Shown piece by piece: positions 50,711 through 64,000 of a stretch of 64,000 nt of DNA (position 1 is its first letter; each line of letters begins with the position of its first letter). The DNA comes from Sarea resinae (taxonomy: Eukaryota). Both the position numbers and the translations under genes were made by a program. The notes under the pieces were generated by a model that searched no databases, was not told the DNA's origin, and saw only the letters and a program-made list of their open reading frames with translations. Where the stretch lies: positions 1 through 64,000 of the forward strand of contig JAPEUD010000086.1 in assembly GCA_026026165.1 (NCBI GenBank), read 5' to 3'.

Positions 50711-51127
50711 CTATAGACTGCGAAGAATGCCTCTCGTCATTACGCCTAGGCCTGCTTCCGAAACCGAATGTTCACCTGGCGCCATCAATGATCCGAGGCC
50801 GTTGGTCAGATTCGCTCCGCTACTGCTGTCACTGATGGCCATGTCTCTCCCCACGCCGGAGACGTCGCCGCCGGAGATGTACCACAGTATACGTCCTGTC
50901 GCCCGCAGCAGGATATGAGGAAGGTAGCACGTAACCGCGATGAACAGGAGGCCGAGACAAAATAATATGAAGCTATTCAAGATAAACTTTTCTCCCGGAG
51001 TCATCACATATAAAGAGAAGGTCACTTCATAGCGGTAGTATGCGAGGCGAATGTGGTGTATGAGTGTCGAGACGAGGCCGGACGGTGTTTGTGCTCGAAG
51101 ACTGGGCGATTGTGCATAGACGGTCAT
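50711..51127 (-). CDS. Serine palmitoyltransferase small subunit-like protein (ssSPT/Tsc3-like)
   Basis: YYRYEVTFSLYVMTPGEKFILNS followed by a TM helix and YLP. Confidence 0.85.
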   Translation of the reverse strand: MTVYAQSPSLRAQTPSGLVSTLIHHIRLAYYRYEVTFSLYVMTPGEKFILNSFILFCLGLLFIAVTCYLPHILLRATGRILWYISGGDVSGVGRDMAISDSSSGANLTNGLGSLMAPGEHSVSEAGLGVMTRGILRSL

Positions 51128-52642
51128 CGCGAATGTGGTATGAACGGCTTGGGATACGTGCTCTTCCTTGTCGCGGCTCGGGGGACCAAAAGGAGAAGCC
51201 AGAACAGACTCTCGACGGAGACGAAGGTGGTCGTTGCGAAGCTTTTATCTACAGGGAGAAGGTGGAGAGGCCTAAGCAGAGCAGAGATGCTTCCCAGAAG
51301 TCCGCAGGAGGTTTGAAGATCTTCATAGTCATTAACTTGGGTTTATAGCGGTAGCATCAGCTGGCCTATTAGGGTCCCTCCTATCGGACCCATCGCCAGG
51401 ACCGGATCAAGACGGCGATGCTATCTTACTACTAAAAATGCCGTCGGCATGCACGGGGCGGTTCTTCGGCTTTGTCGGGCAACCAAAGCAAAAGAGGTGT
51501 GCTAACAGTCAGTGCATATAGCTTGCCATGCCCAATCTTGCTCAATTGACTCGTCGTCTGCTGCGCGCAGCACTTTGAAGCACGGAATATGCATGGCAGA
51601 TGGACATGGAACGTCCGAGTTGTCGATCGGACCTTTCGGCACAGACATTGTTTATGGGCGACAAGGGGGGTCTGCTGCTTGAGAGTTTTGATGTATCTCG
51701 TACACCTCAGAGGCTGCTTCTTGATTGGGTCGTTCGACCACCCCAAATGTCTTCATCTGGTCTAAGGGCTCTAACAGTTACCTCATCGAGTCGTGTCGAT
51801 GATGTGTGGAGCTGTTATGAATTCGCCCTCGGACTTTATAACAACACTTAAAATCGCATTATCATCGAACTTCAATGCGAAGTTTCCGCTCGCTCCGTAT
51901 ATCAGGAGAGACTATCCCGGACCTCCGAGATTACACTAACACTTTGTCCATCTTCAGCGACTGTCTTTTGACGATGTCACCCAACTGCTCTCTCCCCAGT
52001 GAGATAGGGAATTTCCCTCCGCCCCGGCGATTTTCCAGCGACAGCAAACCAAGCTATGGAAGTCAGGTACTTAAGGTAATTCCTTATCGCCTATTGTTGA
52101 GGTAGAGTAATGTAATCGGATAGAAGCGTCGGTAAATGGACGAATAGGTAAGGTAGTAGGGTCGGATCTCTACCTGCAAACTCTAATGCGCAAGGACCAG
52201 GGGCGTCGGGTAGCAAGCCGAAATTCGTCCGCCATCGTGACCGCATCGAAATGCAAGCCAATTGATGCAGCAATGCCTAGACTTCCGCAGACTGGGCCCA
52301 TCAAAAGACAGTCTTACGTCGGTCTCGCGCTAGCCTGACCTTAATCCTACCGTAAGGCACCGTGTTGTCCTTCGTCTTGACCCTTTTGACTCGACTTGAG
52401 ATCCATGACTAAGCCAATCGTCGATACGAAGAAGCCGATGACACATGACGAGAAGGCCTTACTGCGCATGCAAATTGGAGGCTGATCAGGACCGAGGGAC
52501 CTCGTCCGAGTACTCGGAGCAGTCGTAACCTCTTATTCGCCTGCTGTGCGTACTATACAGAACAGCGTCTCTGGCCTTTCTGGAGTGCCCTAAAGAGAGA
52601 GTAATTCTGCGTACTCTGTACTTCCCCGTCACCGTTCTCTCT

Positions 52643-52801
52643 ACGCGTGTCCACGGGTCGCGCGGTACTACTTTGAGTACAAAGTACAGTGGCTCTTTTA
52701 CTAAGGTACCTTAGGTATCAATCAAGTCAAGAATTGCAACCCACGTCCAGTAATCTATGCAGTACTTACGTGACGTGACGCTCTCGCGCTACCCTACGCG
52801 A
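52643..52801 (+). promoter_or_regulatory. MCB-like (ACGCGT/CGCG) element cluster in the POL3 promoter
   Basis: ACGCGT 52643-52648, CGCGCG 52659-52664, CGCG 52785-52788, ACGCGA 52796-52801. A further ACGCGT lies at 32727-32732, upstream of SCC3. Confidence 0.55.
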
Positions 52802-52936
52802 CTGCATTGCTTCTCTATGTCGATTCTCGACCAAGCGTATACGTTGAACATCTTCTTCTATTTGCAAAGCCATCCTGCTTCGACTCGAGTCTGTTCCCTT
52901 TGAGCGGGACGAAGACGAGCAAGGCTCTTATTGACC

Positions 52937-55900
52937 ATGGCCGCCGCCACTCTGGAGCCCCGAAAGCGGGTTCTCGGCGATACGACCAATGCTCGCCGCA
53001 ATGTCATCTCCTCTCCCGCCTCCGCCAAAAAGCGGAAGCTTGAAGTTCCTCTACAGCCGCAGAAGCAATTCAGACAGCCGCAGCGTGGCCCAAATGGCAA
53101 GATCGGCTCGAGTCAGCCAAAGAGCCAGTTCGAGGAGGAGGTGTTGGAAAAGCTAACCCAAGATATGTCGGGCTTGAAACGTCAGAATGCCGAGAATGAT
53201 CAGCAATGGGCTCGACCGAGCCTTGGGGACTTTGACGAGGCCCGAGATCCTCTGATTTTCCAGCAGATCGAAGCCGAGGAAGGGAACCTTCAAGGCGGTA
53301 AAACTACCGTAAAGCTATTTGGCGTGACAGAGGTAAGCTCCTTGGAATCTCACAGGTCAGATGATGCTAACAAGTGCTTCAGACAGGGCATTCGGTCTTA
53401 TTGCACGTTACGGATTTCCTACATTACCTATATGTCGCGGCACCTGTTTCTTTTTCCAAATCCGACTGTGCAGGGTTCAAGACGTATCTGGAGACCCAAC
53501 TGGCCCAACACCAACAGGCTATACATTCCGTTCAGATGCTGATGCGGGAGAACCTGTTTGGCTTCCAAGGGAATCAGAAGAGTCCGTACATCAAGATCAC
53601 GGTCACAGACCCAAAGTTCATAAACAGGGTTCGGACAATGATCGAGCACGGCACTGCGAATTACAAAGGGCTGTGGAAGGGCGTGGATGGCGGCATCTTG
53701 ACTTTCGATAGCATTCAATATGTGCTACGCTTCATGATCGATACGAAGGTCAGTCTCGTTGCTCTGCTTTATGATTGTTGCTGATCTTTCAGATATCTGG
53801 TATGTCCTGGGTAGAGGCTCCTGCTGGAAAGTACCACATGATTCCACATCGAGACCGACATTCGACATGCCAGATTGAGGCACACATACACTACCTCGAC
53901 TTGATCGCACATCCCAACGATGGCGAATGGCTGAAGATTGCACCTCTACGCATCTTATCATTCGACATTGAGTGCGCTGGCCGAAAGGGTGTCTTTCCGG
54001 AAGCCAACCAAGACCCTGTCATCCAAATTGCCAATGTCGTCACACGATATGGAGAAGAAAAGCCTTTCGTGCGCAACGTTTTTTGTTTGGATACCTGCAG
54101 TCTGATTGTTAATACGCAAATATTCGAATTCGACGCCGAAGAGAAAATGCTTATGGCATGGAGGGATTTCCTCGACAAGGTCGATCCAGATGTGATCATT
54201 GGCTACAATATTGCGAATTTCGACTTTCCATACCTCCTCGATCGGGCGAAGCATTTGAAGTGTCATCGATTCCCATACTGGTCTCGGCTCAAGAGTACGA
54301 TATCCCAGGCCAAAGAAACTAACTTTTCCAGCAAGCAAATGGGCAACCGGGATACTAAAGCTACGAACACAAATGGTCGATTACAATTGGATTTGCTACA
54401 GTTGGTACAACGAGACCACCAATTACGAAGCTATACTCTGAATTCAGTGTGCTCACATTTCCTTAACGAGCAAAAGGAGGATGTGCACCATACCATGATC
54501 ACTGAACTATTCAATGGTACCCCCGAGTCGAGACGAAGATTGGCGGTATACTGCCTCAAGGATGCTTACTTACCTCAACGTCTGATGGACAAGTTGATGT
54601 GCTTGGTCAACTACACGGAGATGGCAAGGGTCACAGGAGTTCCCTTCAATTATTTGCTCGCTCGAGGCCAACAAGTCAAGTTCATTAGTCAACTCTTTCG
54701 GAAGGCTCTCGAGCAGCAACTCGTTATTCCCAACATCGACTCCAAAGCGTCCGAGGAACAGTACGAAGGTGCCACAGTCATCGAACCTACCAGAGGGTAC
54801 TATGATGTTCCAATAGCTACGCTGGATTTTGCTTCGCTATATCCTAGTATCATTCAGGCCCACAACCTTTGTTATACTACACTGTTGAACAAAGCATACG
54901 TCGAGAAGAACAACTTGAAGAAGGATGAAGATTACATCATCACACCAAACGGAGACATGTTCTGTACCGCTAAGATTCGAAAGGGGCTACTTGCGACTAT
55001 CCTAGAAGAGCTTCTTGGAGCTAGGAAGAAGGCGAAGAGAGAACTGGCCGTTGAAACTGATCCTTTCAAGAAAGCCGTCCTCAATGGCCGACAGCTGGCT
55101 CTAAAAGTCAGCGCCAACAGTGTCTACGGTATTACTGGTGCCACTGTCGGGAAGTTGCCGTGTCTTGCTATCGCAAGCAGTACGACAAGTTACGGACGGC
55201 AGATGATCGAGAAGACCAAGGAGGAAGTGGAATCGCATTATACAATAGCTAACGGGTACACACACGATGCTCAGGTCATCTATGGAGATACGGATTCTGT
55301 CATGGTCAAATTTGGCCCGAAGGATCTGGCTAAAGTAATGGAGCTTGGACAGGAGGCGGCCAATTTCGTGTCTTCGAAGTTCATCAAACCTATAAAGCTC
55401 GAGTTTGAAAAGGTCTACTTTCCATATCTGCTCATCAACAAGAAACGTTACGCTGGGCTGTACTGGACTCAGACGGAGAAATATGACAAGATGGATAGCA
55501 AGGGTATAGAGACGGTCCGAAGAGATAATTGTCGACTCGTCCAGACTGTCATTGAAACGATATTGCGGAAGATCTTGATTGATCAAGATGTGCAAGCTGC
55601 TCAGGAGTAAGTGGCTCTTTCTCGGGTTTACCGAAGTGAATGTCTAACGAGTCTCTAGCTATGTCAAAGAAACCATCTCGGACTTGTTGCAGAACAAGAT
55701 CGACATGTCAAACCTTGTCATCACCAAGGCGTTGTCGAAAAACGAGTATGTTGGCAAGCAGGCTCACGTTGAACTTGCCGAGCGAATGAAAAAGCGTGAT
55801 GCTGGTTCGGCTCCGACTCTGGGTGACCGCGTTGCTTATGTGATTGTCAAGGGCGCTGGCGGGGCGAAGAATTACGAGCGCTCTGAGGATCCCTTGTTCG

Positions 55901-56397
55901 TCTTGGAAAACAATCTTCCGATTGACACCAAATATTATCTCGATAATCAATTGGCGAAGCCTCTTGGAAGGATATTCGAACCGATCTTAGGCGAGAAGAA
56001 GGCCGGCCAATTACTCACTGGAGAACATACGCGGTCAATCTCGGTCGCAGCGCCAACACTCGGAGGGTTGATGAAGTTTGCCAAAAAGACGCAGACCTGC
56101 ATGGGGTGTAAAAAGCCTCTTGTCGGAAAGCTAGAGAAGGAAGGGGCTGTCTGCAACGACTGCGCTCCTAGAGTCGGCGAATTCTATCAGAAGACCCTTC
56201 ACAAAGTCTCAGATCTGGAGGTACGGTTCGGGAGGTTATGGACGCAATGCCAGAGGTGTCAAGGGAGCATGCACTGCGAAGTCATTTGCAGTAGCAAGGA
56301 CTGTCCGATTTTCTACATGCGAATGAAGGCTAAGAAGGACGTGGAGGATGCCGGAAAGGAGTTGACAAGGTTCGATCACGATGCTGCTGCTTGGTGA
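52937..56397 (+). CDS. POL3: DNA polymerase delta catalytic subunit; 4 exons
   Basis: SFDIEC (ExoI), [23 protein letters not shown], and C-terminal CysA/CysB motifs. Introns 53333-53382, 53749-53793, 55607-55658. Confidence 0.99.
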
Positions 56398-57113
56398 TCG
56401 GAGATATTGTATACCCGTGTATGATCATTTTCGGCGTTCTTGGCCTGCGAGCGTGCCACTTATCTCTTTAATTGGCGTTGCATTAGGTAGAAGGCGAGGG
56501 GTCTATTGACGGGTGGAATATCTGATTCTGGGATGTCCAATGAACTTGTAAATTACCTGCCTTTGTGAAGGCCTGCTGAGGGCATCTATTCACACCTAGC
56601 TTCAGTCAATTCTGGTGATTTGAGTGATGTGAATGCTTATTACTCGCGTTGAGTGCGCTTAGATAGACCTCGAGCTCTTCGTCCTCGTAATAGAAATTGG
56701 TACTAGACCGATGAACCTTTGATCAGTACCCTGACTGGATTGTGAATTTCCTAAGGATATTGATTGCTGAAATAGACTAGACCAAAAGATACACATCCAA
56801 GACACGGGAACACGACAAGACGACAACAATGATCCTTGAGGCGATCAAACTAGCGGCGTCCGGGTTCGCGAACTACATGTCGCCTCGAGTTGCTGCATCA
56901 TGTCCGGCAGATCAACTGCACCCCTGCGTCCCCCAAGCTTCTGCAGGCTTCTATCCGAGCACATATACACGGTTTCGCAGTGTAGAGAGCACATTCCTCG
57001 ACTCCTCCCGTTGCATTGCGCAAAACGTGGCGTCCGCAGAGGAGAAGAAGAAGGTGCATGAGAAGACGCCTCGTCGCGACCATCCACGAAACGGACAGGC
57101 GCGCGCAGACGGA

Positions 57114-58396
57114 ATGCCGAACATGGGCGCGGCGGACCTGGACGGACGGAACCCTGGCGACTGGGCCGAGGTCTGTCACCGTCTCCTTTCACTCTCGTTT
57201 GTTCGCATGCCTCTCTCGTCCCCTCCGCCTCCCCCTTGCTTGCTTGCTTGCGTGCGTCGGTGTGGGGGAATGGCTTGTTGTAAAGATTAATCAAATTCAC
57301 AGTTCGCTAATCGGACGCCCAGATCTTCCGCGAGCACGTCGATAACGTCGAGACGCACTTGCGCCTGCTTGAAAATTTGCAGCACGATACAGCGGGTAGA
57401 ACGACGACGGATTCTGCGGACGATGACGGAGGATTCATGACTGGGGAGATGGAGGCGATGGAGGCGGTGCTCGGGCCCATGCTGAGGAGGGCGAGGGTCA
57501 TGCTGCAGGATTCGAGAAAGCTAATAGGCATGGGCGGATCGGTGAGTGCATGCACCTTGGGCTGTTACGTTCAGTTGGGGGGAGGAGTGGAATCGATCGA
57601 GGCTGATATCATGTAGGATCTAAATGGATCTGAGAACGGGGATAAGATGAAAGAGAAGAAGAGAAAGAAGAGAGCGCGCATATCCGACACCAACAACGGG
57701 ACCGTCGACGAGCAAGTCCACCCGTCTGCCGCCAAGAAAAAACGTCTGATTGCTACGGTCGAGACGGGAGATATCACGACGACTTCTAGTAGTCCACCAC
57801 CCACGTCCCACACGCCCGTCTCTTTGCCCGATCGACACAAATCGCACGCCCAGAAGCGCCCGTCTGACTCCCGCTCCCCACCAACCTTTGAGCAGCAGAT
57901 AGAAAACAAACCCAAGAAATCCAAGACGAAGCATCATGCCGCCCAGAGTGAAGCTCCTCCTACGACTCAAGCTCGTGCCATCTCGCCCGCCCCAGAAACC
58001 GAAACCGAAACCGGCACCGGCGAGCAGGAAGAACACGAGATCGAGATCGAATACGAAGACATCTCGGCCGAAGTGACGGCGCGGCTGCGCGAGAAAGAAG
58101 AGAAGCGGAGGCGCAAGCTAGAGGAGAAGACGAAGCGGCGGAGGAGCTCGGATGGGATCTCGCTCAACAACGGCGTTGCCGGCAGTGGCGCCGTCAGTGT
58201 GACGTCTACCGGGCTGGAGAAACCAAAGAAGAAGAAGGTGAAACGGAGCGGGTCTGATGTGGCGCTGAGGAAAGAGGGCGTGGAGAAATCGTCGGTGAAG
58301 AGGGGCGGGGAGGATGGAAGTGCTGCTTTGAGAGATGACTCGCGTGGGAGCAGGCTGCCCTCGGGCCGGATCAAGAGGCGGAGGAAGATAGGATGA
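57114..58396 (+). CDS. Hypothetical Lys/Arg-rich protein; 3 exons, start uncertain (possibly as far upstream as 56829)
   Basis: GTCTGT..GCTAAT..CAG and GTGAGT..CTGAT..TAG introns link ...DWAE / IFREHVDNVE...GGS / DLNGSE... in frame. EYEDISAEVTARLREKEEKRRRK; NLS-like runs. Confidence 0.6.
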
Positions 58397-59566
58397 TGAT
58401 AATGATGCGCGTTGATTGAGTTGGTTGAAATCACGCGTGGGCCAATGATGGGGCCTGGAGGGTAGCTGGTTCTCCCCTCCATCGATTCTATCGAAATAGG
58501 CATCTTGGAGGGAGGATAGGTCTTTTTTCTGGTGCTGCTGCTGCGCCAGATCATAGCTAGTCAGCTAGTCGGTCCGCAGATTCCACGGCGTTTCAAAAAG
58601 AGTCACCAATGGTCCTCTTGATATCGTTCGTTTTCAGCCTTTCCAGATTCAAAGAGCATAGCTTCCGTCTAGCTAATTCAGACTCCTACCATACATGACC
58701 TGAATTTCCTTCTAACGCTGACAGCTGTATTGAAAGCATAGCACTGTGATTGAACGAAACATTTCGTAGTTCCCCTGAAGTCATTTGAGTCCATCATCTT
58801 CCCCACCTAACTGACACGGGCCCAAAACATTCTTGATTGAGCCTTCACGTTACTGTGAAGACATTGATAGAGCATATCTGAGATAAAGATCATGGCCATA
58901 CACATGAAACGGTGACTGGAGTCGGTTAATCCGGATGATAGGTAGTGAAGCCCTTCACTGTCTGTTCCACTTCCACCTTCAAAAGGCGTCTACCACACGC
59001 ACTCTTCTCTCTCTCTCTCTCAGACATACATACCCTCACTCTCACCCTCCACCTCCACCTCTTTCCGCGATACTGAATCCTGAATCCACAACTCGAACAA
59101 CGCATCGATCAACAACGCATTTCTCGATCCACGCTTGAGGATCAGTGGTGTTTTTGTGACAATTTTCAGTCATCAAGGTGTCTGTTATTGAAGAAAAGAG
59201 ACCGCGAACATAGGAGAAGAGTTCAGAACGCGTGAGTGATTCCTCAGCTCAAGTGAGCTTCGGTGAGAGGAGGTAAACCAAAAGCGATGAGTGTTGCTGA
59301 CACGGATATAAGACTCAAGAGCTTCGACAGACCGACCATCACTTTTCATTCTTTCTCGGCTTCCAAGAAAGACCGTTTGAATGTCTGTATCCTCTCCCTT
59401 GAGCTCATCATTGGAAGAAGGAAAAGTGATGGCTAATGCTGACTCGGTCTTATAGATCTCGTCACCCGCACCATCAAACCTTCTCGTCACTCTCAAAGAC
59501 ACCGACTTATCAGGGCTCAACACAGGACTCAACACAAGGAGATTTCCCCTGCAAACCAAACACACA

Positions 59567-60508
59567 ATGGGACAAAATCATTCCAAGTTGTTGGCGTCGA
59601 ATCGCAAGGGACACGTCTACTCACCTCCGCTCGTTCCACCCCCCAGGATAGTTGCTATGGTGCCTGTTCGTTCATCCAGTACTGTGTCACTGCCTCCCTT
59701 TGTTGGGCGTGAGCATCTGCCTGGTATTCAGGAACACGCCAGCAACGGAGTTGCAGACGAACAGCATCACGGTGGTGACAAAGTCGATACTTCTGTGGCA
59801 GACGAGAGCGTGGCCGTTAGTCATAACGCAGGATCAAACAAAAGGATTGGCCCTCCATTTCGTATCCACGAAGATCCGGGTCAGCACAGCCTGGGCCTTG
59901 AAGTTAGATGCAGATGCGCAGAGTTTGAGGAGGCTGCCAGAGCAAGGGCTGCCGCTGGGTCAGATGGTGATGGACGGAACAGCGTTCAAAGCGAGGATCT
60001 CAGAAGCCCACTTCGCCGCAACCCAGTCCGTACTAGGATTGACGAGGCCACCGGCGAGACTGTTATTATTTGGGACGACGAAGACGACGTTGCTCCCTCT
60101 GGCGACAACGAGAACCATCATGGCGATGTTCGTCCTGACGATTCCACCCGAGCAAGTACCCCAGATATTTTCCGCCAATCATACCATCAACAAGACAACC
60201 CGTCATTCACCCTGCGCTCCCCCACGCCTATTTATGACGAGGAAGTCGCCAACGCAGCAATCCCCGATCATGTCTCCGTCACAGATACGTCCTCCGAACG
60301 CCGAATAACTCAACTGGGCACTTTGTTCGACTCCTTCGACCTTTCCGGGGCGTCGACCCACGACCCTGACGCCGGCGACGGCCACCAGCTCGAGCCGGCG
60401 CCAACGGTCGTCCGCCACCGCGGTCCCCGCCATGCAGGCACGGAGAGGAGGGGGTGGTGTCTGCCATGCCTGGGCCGCGGTGGGGCGGAGGCCGCCGAGA
60501 TGGAGTGA
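59567..60508 (+). CDS. Hypothetical disordered protein with N-myristoylation-type start
   Basis: 313-aa ORF with ACAATGG start context, MGQNHS N-terminus and a Cys pair (WCLPCL) near the C-terminus. Confidence 0.6.
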   Translation: MGQNHSKLLASNRKGHVYSPPLVPPPRIVAMVPVRSSSTVSLPPFVGREHLPGIQEHASNGVADEQHHGGDKVDTSVADESVAVSHNAGSNKRIGPPFRIHEDPGQHSLGLEVRCRCAEFEEAARARAAAGSDGDGRNSVQSEDLRSPLRRNPVRTRIDEATGETVIIWDDEDDVAPSGDNENHHGDVRPDDSTRASTPDIFRQSYHQQDNPSFTLRSPTPIYDEEVANAAIPDHVSVTDTSSERRITQLGTLFDSFDLSGASTHDPDAGDGHQLEPAPTVVRHRGPRHAGTERRGWCLPCLGRGGAEAAEME

Positions 60509-61069
60509 GAGGAATGCAGTGTGCCGTCCGCAAGGATGGTATCTTGACGTATTTCTCAACCTCCAATTCTCATAGATCAAACACCTTGAGCCGCCTTGGA
60601 CCAGTCTTCCGAGAATTGGATGTTCTGGCCCTCGGTGAGATCAAGACATTCCTGAATGAGATGCAGAGAACGATGAGAAGAAGCGCGGGGCGGTGACAAA
60701 TGATGATATCGAAGGAGCAATCGGGCCTTGGGCTGCGAACTTGCTAGCGTTGCTTTACTGTACTATAGACAATGTGACGAAAGCCAATCTTGCTCCAACA
60801 ATTGCTGAAGCCATCACCAAATCAGAAATCCAAAGCTTGGTCTTTCGTTTCTGACCGATGTCGCCGCACATGCCTTATTAGTGAATAGACCAAGATGTAG
60901 ATCCGCACCTCCAAGTGTTACTTGCGGCCCTCCACATTTATATCAGCAGCTCTTTCCTTTGTCCATTCTTTCTTTTCTGGCCACTTTCAACAGAAGTAAC
61001 TGGAGCTTCGCTACATCTCTGATGAAGTAACGCAGCATCTTCACCACCTCTGCAAGTATCATCACCTCA

Positions 61070-62832
61070 ATGCCATCCATCCCATTCGATCACACCACCA
61101 ACGACAACTCCAGCTCTCAAACATCTACACACTTCTACAAGCCTCATTTAGCTTCAGCCATGTCTTCGGTCGCCAGTACCATGGGCGAAAGTGTCGATTC
61201 GAAGGACTTTAGCCGCACAGGCTCCATCGTGGCTTCCGACATCAACACCCGAGTCGAGGGCCGGACCTTGATGAGTTTTGGCAGCACCGCAACCAAAGTT
61301 GAAAGAAGCAATATCGATGCCTTGGCTAGCACAACCTCTCACAAGACCTTCAAAGCTAGCACTGCGGGAGGGGATGTCAATACAGAGGACTTTGTTACCA
61401 CAGGCTCCACCATGGCCCCGAGCATCAATATCAAGGATACCAAAGCCAGCGAGAGGGACTTGAGTGACACCACCTCCACCGCAGCGTCGGAAACCAACAC
61501 CAATGGCAAAGGACTTGCTACAAGGGGCTTCCCATGCACGTTTGCTGACTGCCGTGCCATCTTCGACTCCGCTGCTCAGCTGAAGAGGCATAAATCGTAT
61601 ACTCCATCGCACGACTACTGCAAGCTCTGTGACTTGGACTTCGAAGATGACTTGGGATTTCTCAAACACAAAGTCGAGAGCACCAAGCATATCGTCTGCC
61701 CGATCTGCAGTGAGGACTTCAAGAGCAAGGCTGGTCGCGATGGCCACTTTCGTCAGGTGAGTCACCCTTTCATTCAAGGCCGCAATCGCTAATGCAATGC
61801 CCAGTTCCACGCTGCTGAGCAGAACATCAAGTGTGTCGGATGTGGATCCATCTTCATTCGCGCCGGCGGCTTGATGCAACACATCGAGAAAGACCTCTGT
61901 GGTACTGTCACGAGGAAGAACTTCGAGAAGCACCGCGCTACCAAGGAGCTCGTAAACGCCTTTCTGAACAATCCCGAGGGACGCAGAGGCTCTTCGATTC
62001 TTTCTGGAGCGGCTTCCACAATTGCTTCCATTGACAATGGTGGTGGAGTCTCGCTCAAAGACCTTGAATCGATTCTCGACGAACAAGACGGAGGATCCAC
62101 CAAGGGCAGTCTGATCGCCCCTCTGAGCCAGAAGAGCAAGGTGAAGCAGGACGGCACTTGGCCTCAACTCGGGGAGGGTAGCGAAGTAGACGACTCCGAG
62201 GTCGATCTCCTTACCGGTGCCGATAGCAGGAGCGTTGCCAGTGTCAGCACCAGATGGGGTGGCGGTGGCGGATCTGCTTCCTCGAAGCTCTTTCCCGGTG
62301 CTCCAAAGACGCCGGTGACCCCGGAAGAGGCCACCAGGTTGGAAGAGCTGGCCGCAGCTAACACGGTCAATGGGTTCAACACGCATGTCTGGCACCCTGG
62401 CTCTAAGGACTTTCGCGCGGAAGCATTCAAGAACCATATCACGGACAAATATCACTGTCCCTATCCCCGCTGCGTGTAAGTACTGCTGAGACCTTCACGA
62501 GCCGAGGATGCAACTAATCTGATGCTCCCAGCAAAACTTACACCACCAGCTTCCCCTTTGAGGCGCACATGCGTTCCCACTTGGGGGACACAGCCAAGCT
62601 TCGTTGCCCCTGTTGCCTACGTCTCTTCGACACGGCTACGGCATTGATTCAGCATTGCGAGACGGCCACGTCGCGCTGTCGCATCAACCAGAGCGACAAG
62701 TATGGTGTAGCCATCGATCAATTTTCCGGTGGGTTGTTGGAAGCCAAGGGGCGCCATGAAGACGGCACCATCAAGTACAAGGGCGCCGAACGCAAAGACG
62801 ACGGCGGCCCTGGGGGCGAGGTAAATTGGTAG
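61070..62832 (+). CDS. C2H2 zinc-finger protein; 3 exons
   Basis: CTFADC..LKRHK..H, CKLC..H..H, CPIC..H..H, CVGC..H..C, CPYPRC..H..H, CPCC..HC. Introns 61757-61804 and 62476-62531. Confidence 0.9.
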
Positions 62833-63160
62833 ACGGCGGGCGATCATTCCACTGCCACGGCGTGCTCTATGGGCTAGTTGCTATAATCAAGGGGATCGGC
62901 TGGATTGGAGATGATAACGGAAAGGGGAGGGAATGGGTCATGACCAATGGATTCGAATTTCTCTTTCTCTTTCTCTTTCTTTGGCAACCGAACGTCAAGC
63001 TTTTCAAGCGCGCAGTACTGGTGATGCTGTTGATGTTGTTGTTGAGGTCGATGCGTGCGAACTCTGGCTAGTAATCAGCAAGGTTTCTTGCATGGCTGAG
63101 ACCGGGCAAACAAAGATAATGAACCAAAACAAGCATACACTGCGCTGTGCCATCCATACT

Positions 63161-63193
63161 TCCATCCATCCATCCATCCATCCATCCATCCAT
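63161..63193. repeat. (CCAT)n microsatellite
   Basis: Direct reading, about 8 units. Confidence 0.9.
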
Positions 63194-64000
63194 TGTCAAT
63201 TGTCGAGTTGCTCCCACTCCTGCCTACCTGACTGGGGCCCGTAAGCAAGCAAGCAAAGCACACGTCGTCTCCCGGTACTTTGTACCCTCCCCTCCCTTTG
63301 CCCTCTCCGTATAGCACTTCAACTGTTCTCGGAGTAGCACTGCCCACCCACCCACCTACCTACCCATCTCCCGCGCAATTTGTTGACCGTTTGGCTAACT
63401 ACCTACCTACCTACCTTATGTACCTAATCGGATTGAGCGAGTGCAAACATCCACCAAAATGCCTCGTCTCCCCCAAGTTTCCGTCCGTTCCTAAGGAAAG
63501 TTTTATTTTGAGATAAACGACAGTGGGGGCTAGAGATTGATCATCTCAACAAGAGAAAGAGAAACATATATGGAGATATATATACTCGTTTGTATCTGCA
63601 CACACGAACACGGATGGAGGTAGTGGAGGAAGGGAGGGGAGGCAAGGCGATGTAACTAAAGTCACGTAAGGTATTCGTAGTTGTGATCCCGCTATCTGTG
63701 CTTTCATTCCTCTCAGCGGCTGCTGCTGCTGGGGGATAATAGTAGGTGCTGGTGCTATGGCGACGGCGGCGGGCGCACGTTATCAGATAATGATGATGTT
63801 TTTCTCCCCGTGGCATTTCTTGCCTTAGGTTGTTAATGTCACGTCGCTTGCGATATCTCGCCATGTCCTCCAGCTATCAGGAATCCACCTCAATAATGTA
63901 CCGCACGCACGCGGTAAGGTCACCAATCCCACAACCCACCAAACCCGATCCCAATCAACCAACCAACCAATATAACCACCCTAAAACAATTTACTTACAA

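Noticed and set aside
61154..62455. 433-aa minus-strand ORF
   Set aside because: Antisense to the C2H2 zinc-finger gene; no independent evidence.
1..64000. CRISPR arrays, rRNA genes, telomeric arrays
   Set aside because: Eukaryotic sequence; no repeat-spacer array, rRNA-like block or tandem TTAGGG seen.

Overview
Eukaryotic, intron-containing DNA from a filamentous ascomycete (Pezizomycotina, inferred from gene content and GT-AG/CTRAC intron signals). The first ~14.5 kb is accessory and decaying. It holds a RIP-damaged Tc1/mariner transposase, two pseudogenised paralogues of a retropepsin-like (DTG) protease, and probable relics of other genes, surrounding an intact divergent pair of a CYP619/PatH-PatI-like P450 and a SnoaL-like gene. 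The rest is conserved core genes: NCS1 permease, YBP1/ALF4/glomulin-like, phospholipase D, cohesin Scc3/STAG, UreD, AIM6-like phosphodiesterase, UPF0653-like, TFIIIC B-block subunit Tfc3, rhomboid, SPT small subunit, POL3, two hypothetical genes and a C2H2 protein. Three signals absent from the ORF track stand out: (1) a spliced 44-aa CAAX-terminated a-factor-like pheromone precursor alone in a 4.4-kb gap; (2) two near-identical tRNA-type B-boxes, one upstream of and one inside intron 1 of the TFIIIC Tfc3 gene itself, suggesting autoregulation; (3) a stop-free, in-frame 156-nt intron in PLD. All family assignments come from motif recognition, not database searches.
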